The notes: generated from the letters alone by a model not told the origin. 64,000 nt of DNA from Paraspadella gotoi (GCA_051294375.1 CM119265.1:168376-232375); one strand, 5' to 3'. Counted from the first letter of the stretch, positions 24,314 to 37,949 are shown. Translations and numbers: made by a program.

Positions 24314-27300
24314 TAGCTCGAAACGCTTACAAAATTTAAGACCATTGCTTTTATAAATGCAAAAAAAATATTAATATTAATATTATTAAAACAAAACTTT
24401 TAACGATAACCTGGGAAGATGGGATATAGCTAAAGGTAGTCTTCCAAGTCTCCATTCATGGTAAAAGAGGTAAGAGGGGTTCAGAATAATTGGTAATTCA
24501 GTAAAAATGGCTCAACAAGGAACAAGCGGAATAAACATAGGCAGAGGAAGAGGAGAGTTGCGAGTTCGCAGACCCCAGACCGATGAGGAGAAGTTGAGAG
24601 GTCTGTCGATCTCCAGACTCTATCCGTGACTCCGGGAATGAAGAGAGGGGAACGAGGGGAGGAAGACGGCGTTGAGAGGGAGATAAGGCCCGGGAGAGAG
24701 GTTCTGGCGGTAGAGGTGACCTCTACTTGTGCCCCTCTTGGTACGGAGACGCCCACTTGGGTCTCTGAATGTCACAGGTGGGCGTCGCCTTGGTGTGGGT
24801 GTGGAGTTTGTGGAGAGGATGGGGCAGAGGGGCACGCCGAGCCGGGTTCAGGTGGATTGTGTGGGGGAAGCGATGTTTTGGGGCGGAGGGGATTCGCCTT
24901 AGGTCCTCTAGAGGTCGACGCTTGTCATTGGTTGGTTGGGACAGTGGCGCTGGTCAGAGAGGGCGGAACCGAAGTCGCCTTGAGTCTCGTGGATGACGGG
25001 CGGTAATCGCTGGTCCGGTAATCGGTAATCAAAAGGTGGAAGGCGGAAGGAATTGATTTTTTGCCTTGAGTCTTCAGGGGCGGTTGGGCTTTTTGGAGGG
25101 GATGGAGGGGTTACAATAGTTTCTGGGGAGGGAGAGCACGTATACTTAGATCCATATCAGAATTTTTTGGTCTTTTTTTTGTTTTTTTTTTCTAAGCAAC
25201 TTCAAAAATAAAAAGTCAACCCCATTCTCTAAAAGTATTTAATCAAAGAGAGACACTGAGGTAAGAAACATGCTATTGCTCTATCAACCAATTATAAATA
25301 AACTAACAAGTAAAACACACTATGAAGATGCTGAAATCACAATCTAATATGAAACTAGAAACGTATTCAATGATAATTCAAATTTGTTTTAGTTTAAATT
25401 ATCTAAATTCGAAACTTAACGGGAAAAGATGGCAAAAAAAGTGTTGTCATCCTCGCAATAAATATTAACTAGTAATTGCACACCGAAATGTTAAACTCTA
25501 GGAAAATTATTAAACCTAGAAGACGGTTTAAAGAAGATTAAAAACATAAAGTTGAAGTAGGAAAATTAAAATCCGATAACTAATAATTTTTTCTGTTACA
25601 TTTAGACGGTAAAATAAGGGCAATCTATGAAAGATACCCTATTTCAAAAGCTGCAGCTTTAACAGTAACAAAAAGAATAAAAATGTAAACAAAGGGGGGG
25701 TAATGGGTTCACAGAAAGGAAAGGGGGATGTGAAAGGGAGAGCGAAAGAGATCATGAGAAAGACGTTGGTCCCTTGGAGGTCGCTGCAGATACACGCTAT
25801 AGAAAGATTAGACGTTAGAATAACGCGAGAACGTAACGAAAAGGCGGAGATTTTGCCGGAGAGTCGCCGAGTAGTTTGAATGGAGAGAAATTTTGTTGTT
25901 TTTTTTTTCTTGGAATTACGGAGTCCGTATGAAGGGGAGAGAGGGGTGAGCGTGGGATGGAGGGAGTGGGTTGGGTGTGGGGGAGGGAGCAAGTGGAGAA
26001 ATGAGAGGAAGAGGAAGAGATTTTAGCATTTTAGGATCCCATTGCCATCGTCGTCGTTATCGTCGTCGTCTCTCATCTCGCCGCCGCCGTCGTCATATTG
26101 TCGCCATCGCATCGTCATCCTGCGTCGTCGAGTCAGCGCGTTACGTCCCTGTTCGTACGACCTAAAGGCTGACTCCGTACTTATCTGGATAGTGAATTGA
26201 GAATGTTTAAATATATTATTGTGATTTCTAAATGTCAGACCTTATTAACTTTTTTTTAACACAGATGAATTGTTTTTTGTTTTTTTTAATTTTATTTTAG
26301 AGTGTATGTCCGGCAAGGACAAGAAAAAAGAAAGGGATAACTATGGTTTCTTTAATACTTAATCATTCTTAAAAATAATAGAGAGTTTGGGACTTGAGTA
26401 AATAGTTTAGGGAAGAGAAGAAACGGAGATCAATGAGAGCCTGGAAGAGAAACAAAAGCGCAGAGAGAAAGGCACGACGCAACATTAAATGAGGATTTTT
26501 GGTGAAGAAATCCAGACAGAATGAGTGGAAGGAGACTTGAGTACAGGCCGTCAGGTTCAGAGAGGAAGCATTTTTGTTGTGAAATTTCATGTAACTGCCA
26601 AAGCCAGAAATTTTGAAGACGCTTGGAAGAGCAGTGGGCATGGAGCATGGGGCATGAGAGATTTGGTTTTGGATTCATTGTAATTGCATTTTTTTTTTGC
26701 TTCATTTAATTTTTTTTCGAGGCATTTGTTGCAATCATTGTAATAATTGTATTTGAGGTATCGGGAAGGTGAAACAATCTTCCGTTCTATTTAACAGTTG
26801 TTTTTCATTGTTCTTTTTGTTCATCTTTCCTCTTTTGTCCACTACGCTGTTTCCTTGAAAAAATAAATTCACATCATAAAGGGTTGTGTGATCAGTAATC
26901 ACTCACGTGAAAGGTTTTACTTTCAAAAAATTTCTCTCCTTCAGATGGCAATTCTTCCGCCGATGACATTGGCAATATTGTCGTAATCAAATGGTAATGC
27001 GCTAGTATTTTTCTCAGATTCCAATTTTCTCTCTAATTGAAATTTCTTGTCAAATATAGATAGTAATGATTTATTTTTCTGGACTCATCCAGCGAAATGG
27101 TAAAAAAATAGTTTTGTGAAAAAAAGTTTTGATAATTGTGAAAATCGGACTTTGTTCCTTGCCAGTTGTTGCAGTCATACTGTATTTTTTTCAAAGTTAA
27201 ATTCTGTGAACTATGAGTGATGAGCACAGCCTTTGTTGTCGGATGAGTGGGAGCTGCCTGAGTGGTAAATGAAGGTCGTGAGGCTGTAGAGGGGAAGGAG

Positions 27301-28559
27301 CTCTTGGCGAGGTTAATCAAGGGATGCTGCGGTGTTAAGAAGATAGTTGTGTCCTGGTTTTAATGGAAGATTGTTTACCTCGTTCCAGTATTTCTGCCAA
27401 AGATCCACATGACTCTTGATCGTTTCCTTCATTGATGCTGGAGAGTTGCATCTTGGATGAAAGAGAGAAGAAGACTTTGGCGTTTTGCTGGGTTTTTGAC
27501 TTAATGCCTCGTTTTCCTAAAGTGAAATTTGGAACTTTGAAGGGTAGAATCTTGATGCAAGGCGATGATGCATTGGTGATATTTCTGAAGTTGACGTTGA
27601 GATGGAATCGTCGTATTTTTCTTCGGACTTTTTATTTTCTTTCTCTATGCAGTTAATTTTTGGGGCGCCGATTTGTTGCGGAAAGCCAACACTCAGAGGC
27701 TAACCTTTCATATGGTCGTGACCGAGAGTCCGTGCAGGGTGTCAAGGGTGTTGAGGGCGAGGAGGGCGGAGTCGACGTCGTGGGCGGACAGGGTGTGAAG
27801 GACGTGGAGGATGCAGAGAAGGGAGGAGGCGGAGCAGAGGTGGTTAATATGCTGGAATGAGTCTGCAGTGTCTTTACTGGGATTTTATCCAGCCGTTCTG
27901 AAATTAATCGACACCCTCTCTATATTTTCTTTTCTTCCTCTTTGCTTTTTCTATTTCTAACAAGCAGAATTCCCTTTCTTTTTCCACTTGAAGTCAACTA
28001 TTAATGTAGAGGAGCTCTTCAGTTTTGTCTAACAGACGTTGGTTAGGTCTCAAAGATTGGGTATTTTAATTCTTTTCGCAGTCAACTTATTTTCTGAATT
28101 GTTCGAGAATTTAGGTAAATTGGCAGATAAGCTTTTTTCGGCAAGATTCTGGCTTGCTGTCTTAGTTGCTTGTTGACTTGGCTCTTTTGAAATATGATTA
28201 AATTGCTTGTAATTTTCGTTATTAATCACATAGCAACTTTTGTATTCTTCAGCCTTTCTTTTTCTTCCTTTTTAGACTTTAATAAGAATCATTTTCAATC
28301 TTTTGCTTGTGTTCTAACTGGAGTTGAAGGCTCGCAATCGGCTTCTTTTTCTTGGAGGCGTTGATTTGCCAGAGAGATGCGTTTTCTCTGAACCTTTTCA
28401 TTTTCTCTTTCTCTTTCCATTTTGTTTTATTAGATGACTGACACGACTCAGGAATTGTGTAATGACATTGTTATGGAAGGATTGTTTCAGTGGAGGCGAG
28501 ATATTGACAGTGAAGTAACGAAAAGAGTCCACAATAAAAGCTCATCTCGGCCATTTCTA

Positions 28560-28617
28560 CGAAAAAGACAGAGAAGGGGAAAGAGGGAAAGAGAGAGAAG
28601 AGAGAAAAGAAACAGAG

Positions 28618-28652
<35 letters not shown>

Positions 28653-28875
28653 GAAAGAGAGAGTGAGAGAGGGAAAGAGAGAGGGGAGGGGGGTAAGTAA
28701 ACTCAGTGGCGAGAATTTTTTTCAAGGAGAGGGAGCTCAGTCAGATCTGGTTTTTTTTCTCGTATCGATGCTGATCACGTGACGACGTGAAGTGTCCAGC
28801 CAGGAGCCAAAGAGAGAGATTTTGACCGTGGAGAGAGAGAAAAAAGAAAAGAGAGAGAGAGAGAGAGAGAGAGGG
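28560..28875 (+). repeat. GA-rich microsatellite tracts
   Basis: (GA)n runs at ~28560-28690 and ~28810-28875. Confidence 0.85.
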
Positions 28876-30059
28876 ACAAACGTTTAGGAGAGGGATGAAG
28901 ACTGGTCACGTGACAACGAGATCCAAGAGAGAAAGAGAAGGGAGCGGTCAACGATCTCTTTTTTGGGTTTGAAGTCGGAAATGGGACAGAGAGAGGGTGA
29001 GCATCGAGTGAGGGCCCAGTGAGGGGAAGGAGTGGGGGAGAGTCGTCGTTTGTCAGAGCATAGCTCTCTCCCTGNNNNNNNNNNNNNNNNNNNNNNNNNT
29101 TACGCCATTTTTCATTGTGTCATACTTTCCTACCTCCACACAAAATTTCATTTCAATTTATCTATTCAATTATTAATAAACATAATAATTATGAGTAAAT
29201 ATAAGTAAAAATACTTCAAGTAAATATGACTTTTGTTTTTTTCACTTTAACTCATTTCCACTCGCACGATTCCATCAAAACTTTATATCCAGCTTAATGA
29301 CACACTTTCCTACCCACACACAAAATTTCATTTTAATCCAATCCAATCACGAGTAATTTGAGTTTAATGGGGTTAAATCGAATTGTTTTGTTTATTTTGA
29401 TAAACGATTAAACGATTGTTTGTTTTTGATTCGAGTTGTTTTGTTGCTGAATTAATTCAGTAGATAAAAACAAGTGATTCGAGATCAAGTTTTCTCTCCT
29501 TACTACTTACTTTACATTGAGAGTTAGTGAGATAAAAAATTGATGAATAATATTTAAGCATGTTTATTCATTTCAAGAGTTAAAAACCAGTCTAAATAAT
29601 CTTCAGAGTACAATCATTAGAGAAGGGTATCAATATACAAAAGGAATCATCAGAGACATCTCTTGGATGAACGATTTCAATTCGAGTTGTTATCTATCCC
29701 TAACAACTTATTTTTTCCCTTTCACATTTTATTCTTAATAGTTAACTAAATTATTAATTTCTTTTTGTTATTACTAGTTTAATATTAGGTTTTTCCATTT
29801 ATTATTCTGTTGTACATTGCTAAATGTAATTATTTCTCTGCCTCTGTTGCTTCTCCTCTTCTCTCTCTCTCAATTTTTCACCTTCAAGTTTCAACCTAAT
29901 CTTTTCTTCTTCCCTGTCCTTACCTTCACCTGTCTCACATCTGACACGTCCTTTCTAAATTCTTTGTTGGAATCTCCCTCCTTCTCTCTCTCACTCTCTC
30001 TCACTCTCAAGCTAATGTTAAAGAGAGAAAATTGTTGATTGTTAAAGATTGCTGAGAAG

Positions 30060-31606
30060 ACTCTTAATAAAGAGTTGAAACTTGACCGACTATATCCAAT
30101 AATAAAAATCTTGTTGACTTTTAAAACTGTTTTTCCTAATTCGAGTTGAAAACAAAAGATTCAGGATTCGTTTCAATCTTTAACTCAGGATTTTGGATCT
30201 CGATTGGTCGGGGCAAAGGTCGGCGGCTGAGATCGGTGAATCGAGGCATCCCAAACCTTGATCCTTGGGTGACCCCCAAGTTGCTTATGCCCTGCTTCGC
30301 AGCTGCTTCGGAACACCAAAGTTTTCTACACCCTAAGAACTGTAGCTCCTTCACCTTAGCTCCAACCTAGCCATTCTTTTTTGATGAATCCCAATGCTCC
30401 TCTCGCTTCCATCCCTTGGATGCTCGTTCTCACTTCTCAGATCCTAATGGGCCTTTCTTCCTTACCCGTTCTCCCTGGGCGGGCTTGGGAATACGCAGCG
30501 CCATGCCCACAGCGCTCCGGCCTTTGTCTCCTCCATCTTGCAGACAAGTCACTCGTAGATCGACTGGTTGCCCTCATCTGTCAGCAGAAACCACACTCAG
30601 GCCTTAGAGCTCCTATCCACCTTTCTGCCGGAGCCTCCTCTCCTCCCACCTGCTCAGTTGATGCCTCAATCACCCAAAATACTTCCGACGTTGGACGAAG
30701 CGAGGCTGAAAAACTCAAGTCAAAGGTCCTGGATGAGGTTTTATTCGAGCCGTCCTCCAATCCGTCTGCCTGTCCAAACGCGAGACTTCCTCAATGTCAT
30801 CCTTCTCCTGCCTTGGCTTGCGCCTACCTCCCAAATCTTTCATCATGGCTGTCAAATACCGTTTGGGCTTCCATCTTTCCAGCTCCTGGTCCCTGCTTGT
30901 CCTGTGACAGACCTTCTGACATCTATGGAGACCACGCCATTTCAGCTGTGCTCCTCTACTGGAGACAAAATTCTCCGTGATAACCTCCTTCCGGGATGCC
31001 ATTGCTGACGCTTCAGCAGCCCTACTTGCGCCCACCAAAGAGAAGGAACCTGGGGATGATGCCTCTAGACCTGGGGATTTCACAATCCGTGTTGGAAAAG
31101 ATGTCGGACAGGACCACCACAGCCTTTGATGTTACTGTCACCTCTCCCCTTCGCCAGGACTGTTTTGTCATACCATCCTCAACCCCACCTATTGCGCCTG
31201 GAACGAGCTCGCCAGGCCAAACATGCTAAGTACGAAGGCAAACTGCCGGCCGACGTTGGCTCATCCTCTGGGTTACTACCTTCGGGCATGGGACCTGGAT
31301 GCTTTCTCAAACTTAAAAGATTTCCAACTCCAAGCAACGAATGCAGGCTTAGATATCGGCAAACGTCTAAGCACTTTTTTGAGAGACTTTCTGTTGCCTT
31401 CAGCGCGAGAACGGGGACCTGCTCGCTTCCCGAAGTCCCGTGATTGAGTTGGCCGTCTCATGTGGACGGGTGCTTGACTTTGTCTCCGATCTCTTCTCTT
31501 TTTCATTTTTTTTTATCTTCCCCTTATTTGTTCTTCGTTTATTGTTGACATAAGTTATTTTTTGCAACCATTCCTGCAATTATTTGTTTGCCTGTTTTCT
31601 TTTCAG

Positions 31607-31638
<32 letters not shown>

Positions 31639-31703
31639 GCCGGGTTCGATCCCCGGAATGATGAGTTCTTCTAATTCAATTAAACTCGCTCGAGACAGCT
31701 ACA
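30060..31703 (-). repeat. LTR-like sequence of a further family, interrupted by a non-LTR insertion (left boundary unknown)
   Basis: AAAACAAAAGAT motif at ~30149, split tRNA-like module (30205-30258 and 31631-31657), and minus-strand start TGTAGCTGTCTCGAGCG at 31703 resembling other LTR starts. Confidence 0.5.
30259..31633 (+). mobile_element. 5'-truncated non-LTR retrotransposon with restriction-like endonuclease (CRE/R2 group), poly(A) tail
   Basis: Frameshifted CLSC..DIYGDHA knuckle, RPGD, AFDVTVTSP and KHAKY; A-tail 31607-31633. Confidence 0.8.
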
Positions 31704-31886
31704 ACACTCACCCCAGTTTTTGGATGTTTCTAGTAAAATGTGCCGGGTGGCGAAATGGGACGGCGGATCGGGATTCGATAGGTCGCTGGTTTAATCCGAC
31801 TTTGGACAACTTCATTTTCAGGTAAAATAATGGAAATAATTTATAAGATAAGTATCACTTGTAGTAATATTATCGATTCGATGTAG

Positions 31887-32559
31887 GTGGATAAGGCGCT
31901 AAAGTGGGCTGAAGATGACTATCCGTAACTTCTATAACCCCTCTAGCAGACATGAACGGGTCCTGGGCTTGGAACAGGCTTGAGGGTTGCCCGCCCCAAG
32001 GCGGCTTACGGCCGTCCTCACGCTTCCCACAGGGTAGGTACCGGGTTGGGATTGAACCCGGTACTAGTGGTCATGAGCTGATGGCTTTACTCAATGCCCA
32101 CCGGGTCAGGACTGAAGGTGTCATGCTTATAGGTACGGGGTGAATCCTAGGAATGCCCGACTACATGCCCCCCAGATTGGTAACCCACCCTGCACTGTTC
32201 CATTGGAGGGAGGGAGCAATCTTCAGCACGTCCATGGGCCTGGAATCAGAAGGTTGGAATACGCGCGACAGGATGGGCCTCACCAGTGTGGATAAGTGGC
32301 TAATGGGCTGAAGATGACTATCCGTAACTTCATAACCCCTCTAGCAGACATGGAACGGGTCCTGGCTTGGAACCAGGCTTGAGGGGTTGCCACGCCCAAG
32401 GCGGCTTACGGCCGTCCTCACGCTTCCCACAGGGTAGGTACCGGTTGGGATTGAACCCGGTACTAGGGTCATGAGCTGATGGCTTTACTCAATGAGCCAC
32501 CGGGTCAGGACTGAAGGTGTCATGCTATAGGCGGGGTGAACTAGCAATGCCCGACTACA
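31887..32559 (-). mobile_element. TRIM: two ~275-bp LTRs (31887-32165, 32287-32559), PBS, PPT, GTAG TSD
   Basis: Direct repeats reading TGTAG...CCACA on the minus strand; PBS TGGTGAGGCCC at 32275-32285; PPT CTGGGGGGCA at 32166-32175; GTAG at 31883-31886 and 32560-32563. Confidence 0.85.
32436..32507 (-). ncRNA. tRNA-derived segment in the TRIM LTR (sense; second copy ~32035-32107)
   Basis: A box TGGCTCATTGAG, CTCATGA loop (CAT), B box GGTTCAATCC. Confidence 0.7.
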
Positions 32560-32613
32560 GTAGAGAATTTTATTATTATATATATATTATTTGATGCCTG
32601 GACAAAGGCTATC

Positions 32614-32682
32614 AACCCTAACACCTAACCCAACCTCTAACCCTTAGCCCTAAACCCTTAACTCACCTTAACCCCTAAACCT
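32614..32682 (-). repeat. Degenerate telomeric tract
   Basis: Imperfect CCCTAA units. Confidence 0.8.
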
Positions 32683-32683
32683 A

Positions 32684-33288
32684 TGATAAAACTACTGTCT
32701 ATCATATGTGGGTAAGGTATCGGGAAGCCGGTGACCTGTCACGGCATGTAACAGATGGCTAAAGATGATTCGACAGATGTTTATCTTAGTCTCATCGAGG
32801 GAAGTTAACATGGATTTTGAATTGACTTTGTAATGAAGAATTTACTTTTTGGTGAGACATAAGTTTTTTCTCCTATCTTATCAAATGTATTTTACATTAG
32901 GTGAGAAGTTTTAATTAAAAAACATGTTGAGTAATCTTGATAATCCAGTTTATAGTCAATTTTCAAAAGGTGAAAATTCAGTCTGATTTCCATCTTTCAA
33001 GAAGATCCATTAATAAGTTAAGGTCAATAACAAAATCAATTGATAGAAGCAATCTTCAGGAAGGACGTAATGAAAAATTTTTGATTAAAAATAACAAAAG
33101 TCTTTGATTTAGATTAATTACTTTAAAAATTGGACTTTTTGCTTCTTGATTCTACTGGTCGAGTTGAGTGGCCGAGTTCATTAGAAGCTTGCTTTCTCTC
33201 TCCGTTCTTGTCAGTAGCGCCCGGGTCGATTCCTGGAATAGAAAGTTTTTTTTCCTATTTTGATTTGACGCTTGAAGTGGGCCGCACA
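32684..33288 (-). repeat. Probable solo LTR in degenerate telomeric repeat
   Basis: ~605 bp, TG..CA ends, AACAAAAG motif, A/B-box module at 33157-33236, followed by ATCCTAAACCTAA. Confidence 0.55.
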
Positions 33289-33599
33289 ATCCTAAACCTA
33301 AGAATAAGAAACGCGATATTGTAAAGTTAAAGTGAATAAGATTAAAAGAACGAGAATCGAGGTAAGAAAAAATAGTATTTTATTCCAAACTATCTAATTG
33401 AATTGAGATTTAAAACTAATAGTTATTACGAATTATGAGTTTAATAAATATTTTATTATACAGAGTACGGAACTGTTAAAAAAGGCTGAAGTAAAACATC
33501 GTTTTTAAAGTTATAACACAATCGGATTATTTGAAGTTGAAAAAGAGGTCATCAATTCAACTTCAAAAAATATAGGTCAAAATGGAGTCACAAAAATTC

Positions 33600-36500
33600 A
33601 GAAAGCTGAGCTCACTGGCGAAATCCGAAAATGTTTTCACTTTATACATTTGATTAGGAGTCTACGTCGTTCTTAGAGATACGAGTGAAAGACTTTTTCA
33701 ATGGAGATTTTCGTTCAAATCTGACTACCAATACAATATAACGCCCTGGGTGAAAAATTTGGTAAATATTCGAGATGTTAAAAACACTTGATTCCGATCC
33801 TGTTGCATGCCTGAAGGGCTCGCATTTTTTTTTTCTCTTGTCAAATTCATCCAAACATCGTTTAGATATCGAAACAATATCCAGAACAAATTAGGACTGC
33901 TCGCTGGAAGCACGGGTAAAATTTCCACTCTCTGATTTTAGTATAGAAATGAAAGGGATTTTTTTCCTTGAAAACGATATAAACGTGACTGAGAGTGTAT
34001 GTTCCTGTTCAAACAAAATTGAGTCATTCTTTGGAATCCTATGTGGCAATGTCCTGCAAGGGCCTCTCAAAATTTTTTTTCTTTACTCATTTTAATTAGG
34101 TGTATTGTTGATATTGATACGATGACAGTGGGTAAATGAATTAGCTCAATTCTATGGTGAACATTTTTAATTTTAAATGTAAAAGTAAAAGAGGAGCTAA
34201 CGAATCGTAATTCTAAAGAGTTTCAACCAGGAGTCAGATCGGGAAAAATCTCTGAATGGCGAAAAGTCTTCCAAAGAAGGGGGAATTTTTCCCGAAGATT
34301 TGTTAATATTTTCTATTATTTATAGGTCGGATTTTTTTTTGAAAACTTAATATTAACAATAGTTGCCATCGCATTCTACCTTGGCCCGGTATAGAGAATA
34401 TATTTAAAAAAAGAACCTCGGGCTTTGTTCGTCAGAGTTGATAGTCCTATTTGATGCATTTCTGTACCCATTTTTATATCGGTGTTTAAAATTATAGAAT
34501 AGTAATAAAAAACCTATCTGAAGAGTTCAGGGTCAAACGAAACAGGCCAATCCATCTGATATTTTTTATGAATTTTTATTAGTGATTCGGAAAAATGTAA
34601 TAGACGAGACTTCTTTAAATTTCAACTTGTTATCCTTAAAAATGAAACGTTTTGTAAACTTTAACCTGAATCTTTCTAACTGAACACGTTTATATCAAAG
34701 TCTCTCTATTACATTTTTACAAATGTTTTTAAGTTGCTAATCAAATATTTTTAAATCAAATATTATGCAGCGTCGTTTAGGCTGCAAACTCTTCAAGAAT
34801 TTCAGTGTGATTCATTGTACGTCGAATTTTTTCTTTACCATCGTTTTAAAAACTGAAGATTGTATTGTTCATAGACTGGAAAACCAACAGAAGTAACGAG
34901 ATTCAATTGTTTAATTCTCCCCTTTAAACTAACACCACTCCGTGTTATTTAACTTCTTACCTAAATTTTTAAAGAACCCAAGATTGGAAAACAAATCTGT
35001 TATAAAAATGAGCTTACCCATTTTACTTCACAATTTGGTATTTACCATTTAAAATAAAATGATTAAAAAACAGAATGTTTACATATAAATAAAAAGTTTT
35101 TTTTGTCGGATTACTGATGATTATAATGTATTTCTCGAGTATATTTAGGCTTTATATACATCAATTGATTAACCTATTGTTATGCTGAAGACCTTCCTCT
35201 TAACTAAGGAACGGCTTCAGTCTCGCATCTGCATTGATAAACATTTCATAGAATAGACCACGGAACATCAAGAGTTCGCTAATGAAAGATCAATTGTTTG
35301 TTCATTTCCTTAGTTGAAAAGTGTTAAAGTTAACAAAGTTCAATATATATTAATTTAATGAAATACATTGTTTCTTAGGTGTGAGAGGCGTACGAGTGGT
35401 TGTCTTGATGGTTTATTCTGTGTGAATTGATGAAAAGAAAACTTTTATTAAAATTGCTAAGATCCGGAGTTTCTAGTTTAATATCGATACTTGATTAATA
35501 TCGGTCGGCACAGGAAATAGCTATAAAAATGTGTATCACCGTAGATATTTGCTTATCTAATTCTAATTTACATGAAACATTCACTAAAACTTTACAATTA
35601 CGATTTATCAAAAAGTCATTCATTTTATCATTATTTAAACGTCGTTTAAATAATACTACTAATTTTAATTCAAAATGCTGTACTTTGTTTCGTTTTAAAC
35701 TATATTCAAGTTGGTTATACTCATAATGCAATTACCAAAGTATTTGAGTTAGTCTTGCCTGTTATTTAGTGATCGAGAGTTTAGTCCGGACTCGAATCTG
35801 GTGTATGACGTAAAGGCGTCTCAGCTCCTACAGCTTTCTGCACCAAACAACGAATAGACGGCTTCCGACGGCCACGAGCTGTCGCGCTCCAATGAGCCAA
35901 TCCCGTGGTTTCGTCTTCGCTGCGCTGGAAGTATCAGGTCCAATTTGTGGCTCCGACTCTTTCGTCTAACAGGTCGAAGAGCGCGAAGAGTGTCCCCATT
36001 CAACCTACTCAGAGAGATCACATATCAACTTCCATAATTTAATACTTTCAGACAAATAAAGATACCTAAACATGTAAATTAGCCATTATGATTATGACAA
36101 ATTTTTTAATAAGATTAAAATTTAAATATATTGGGCGAGAACCATAAAAATAATAAAATATTAAAAAATATTTATTACTCAATCGCATGGTATTTTCCAT
36201 AAATAATTTTGAAACTACGAGTCAATACCAGCGTTAAAGCCGCGACGAGAAGAAGTTTGACGCTGAACTGTACTGAACGAGCCGTCAGACTCATGGTCTG
36301 GAGCGAGGCCAAAGGAGCTTCGCCCGCGAGATGACAATGATCTTTCCGTCCAAGAAGAAAGACTACATGTCGAAGCCACCGAAAGGTGTCGACCAATAAC
36401 TTTAAAAGAATTGAATTAGCTTAAACTTATAAAAAATATTCATGTAGAATCTATTTAAACATATTTCAAGTACTTAAATATAACCTAATTTAATAAATTA

Positions 36501-37610
36501 TACTATGATATTAGATATGATTATGATGAATACGACATTCAAGTTTTTAAAAATAATTACTGTAACAAATATTTTTTCTAAGATATAACCTAAAACTTTG
36601 TTTAAAACTAAAATTAACACTCAATCCATTAAATCCCACCTGCCGATCACATGCTGGCCCAAAGAAGAGTAGCCTTCGCCCTTTAATCTGCGTGCATGCC
36701 GCACTCCTCTCTCGGGCTTCTTGGTCTATGGTCCCTTCCGTGGTCGGATGTCCGCCCATCGCTGGCGTCGATGGAGAGAGCGGAGCGAGTTGGTTAGGTG
36801 TTGTTGTGTCGGAGTCTCTTCGCCGCAGTTTGAGATTGCAACGTCCGACGGTTCGTCCGCTCCAACCGCCAGAAGTAACATGGTCTCTCGTCTGTCCATG
36901 AGCCACACCAGCTCCTTCCACTTGGCAGTCAGCCCTTTGCACAAGAGTCGGCTTGCACACGTTCGGGACAACAACTAGATTCTAATATTCAGAATAATTT
37001 TAAACCTTAAAAGGCAAATTTAGTTTATTGCGGAAAGTATTATTAATAAATTAGCTGATAATACTTTTTAGTCGGTTAAATTTTTTTTTAAATCAGTTTG
37101 GTATAAGAGGATTACTTAATTAAAATATAAAAAAATTATCCGTTTATAATCTTACTTAATTATTTTTGGTTTAAACCTAAAATTAAATATTTACATCTTG
37201 ATCGTAATGAAATCCTGTAACCTTGATAAGAGTAGAGCTCTGACGAATTTCTTCGTCTCCCTCCACCCATTCCGACCAACATGTAAATACCAATAAACCG
37301 AGGACGACGAATTCCCGCACGCGCCCTCCAAGCCGCGGGCGGTAACGTCGCCGCTGTGGTCTCATCTTTGGACGCAAGTGTTTGAGTGAGGATGGAGTCG
37401 CCACTAATTTGGTGGTAAAGGGGCGGCGACGGTCCTTCTCCCTCTCCACTCCATGACGTGATTCTGAATCATAACGGAGGTTCACCACGAATGAGATCTG
37501 TGGCGCCGGGAAGATGTGAGGCCGTCGGACTCCAAGGCGGGAGGAATGGGAGATGCAGGGTCATGGGCGAGAGGAGAAGGGACAGCAGTATATAGGCAGA
37601 CAGGAGGGTC
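33600..37610 (-). other. Possible multi-exon host gene or pseudogene, product unknown
   Basis: GC-richer blocks alternate with very AT-rich spacers; minus-strand TTTAG| and |GTAA signals at block edges (37610, 37196, 36179). No clean ORF. Confidence 0.3.
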
Positions 37611-37949
37611 CTAAAGAGAGCATATGAAAAGCAAACTATTAAACCTTAATTTAAAGGCCCGTCTGTTCAAATGTCGGTGTTTTAAAAAAATTCAATTTAA
37701 ATCAAATTAGTAACATTTTCATCCTCATCCTCCTCACGGGGATTCGAGGTCGCGTTCAAGTTTGGTTCAGTTCCGATCATTTTCTTCTCTCCCTATCTCT
37801 TTCCCTCTCCCTTCTTTTGGACTTTTTTATATACTTTTTTGGATAGAGTATAGACCTCAGTTGTGAAATACATTTATTCTCTCCCATTCTTTTTCCGTTT
37901 TTGATAGACGTGTGACCCAGATTAGACCCAAAAGTCCCCTCAGTTAGAA

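Noticed and set aside
32166-32286. LINE RT fragment (LVRPILS) in the TRIM core
   Set aside because: The match coincides with the PBS and is too short to be meaningful.
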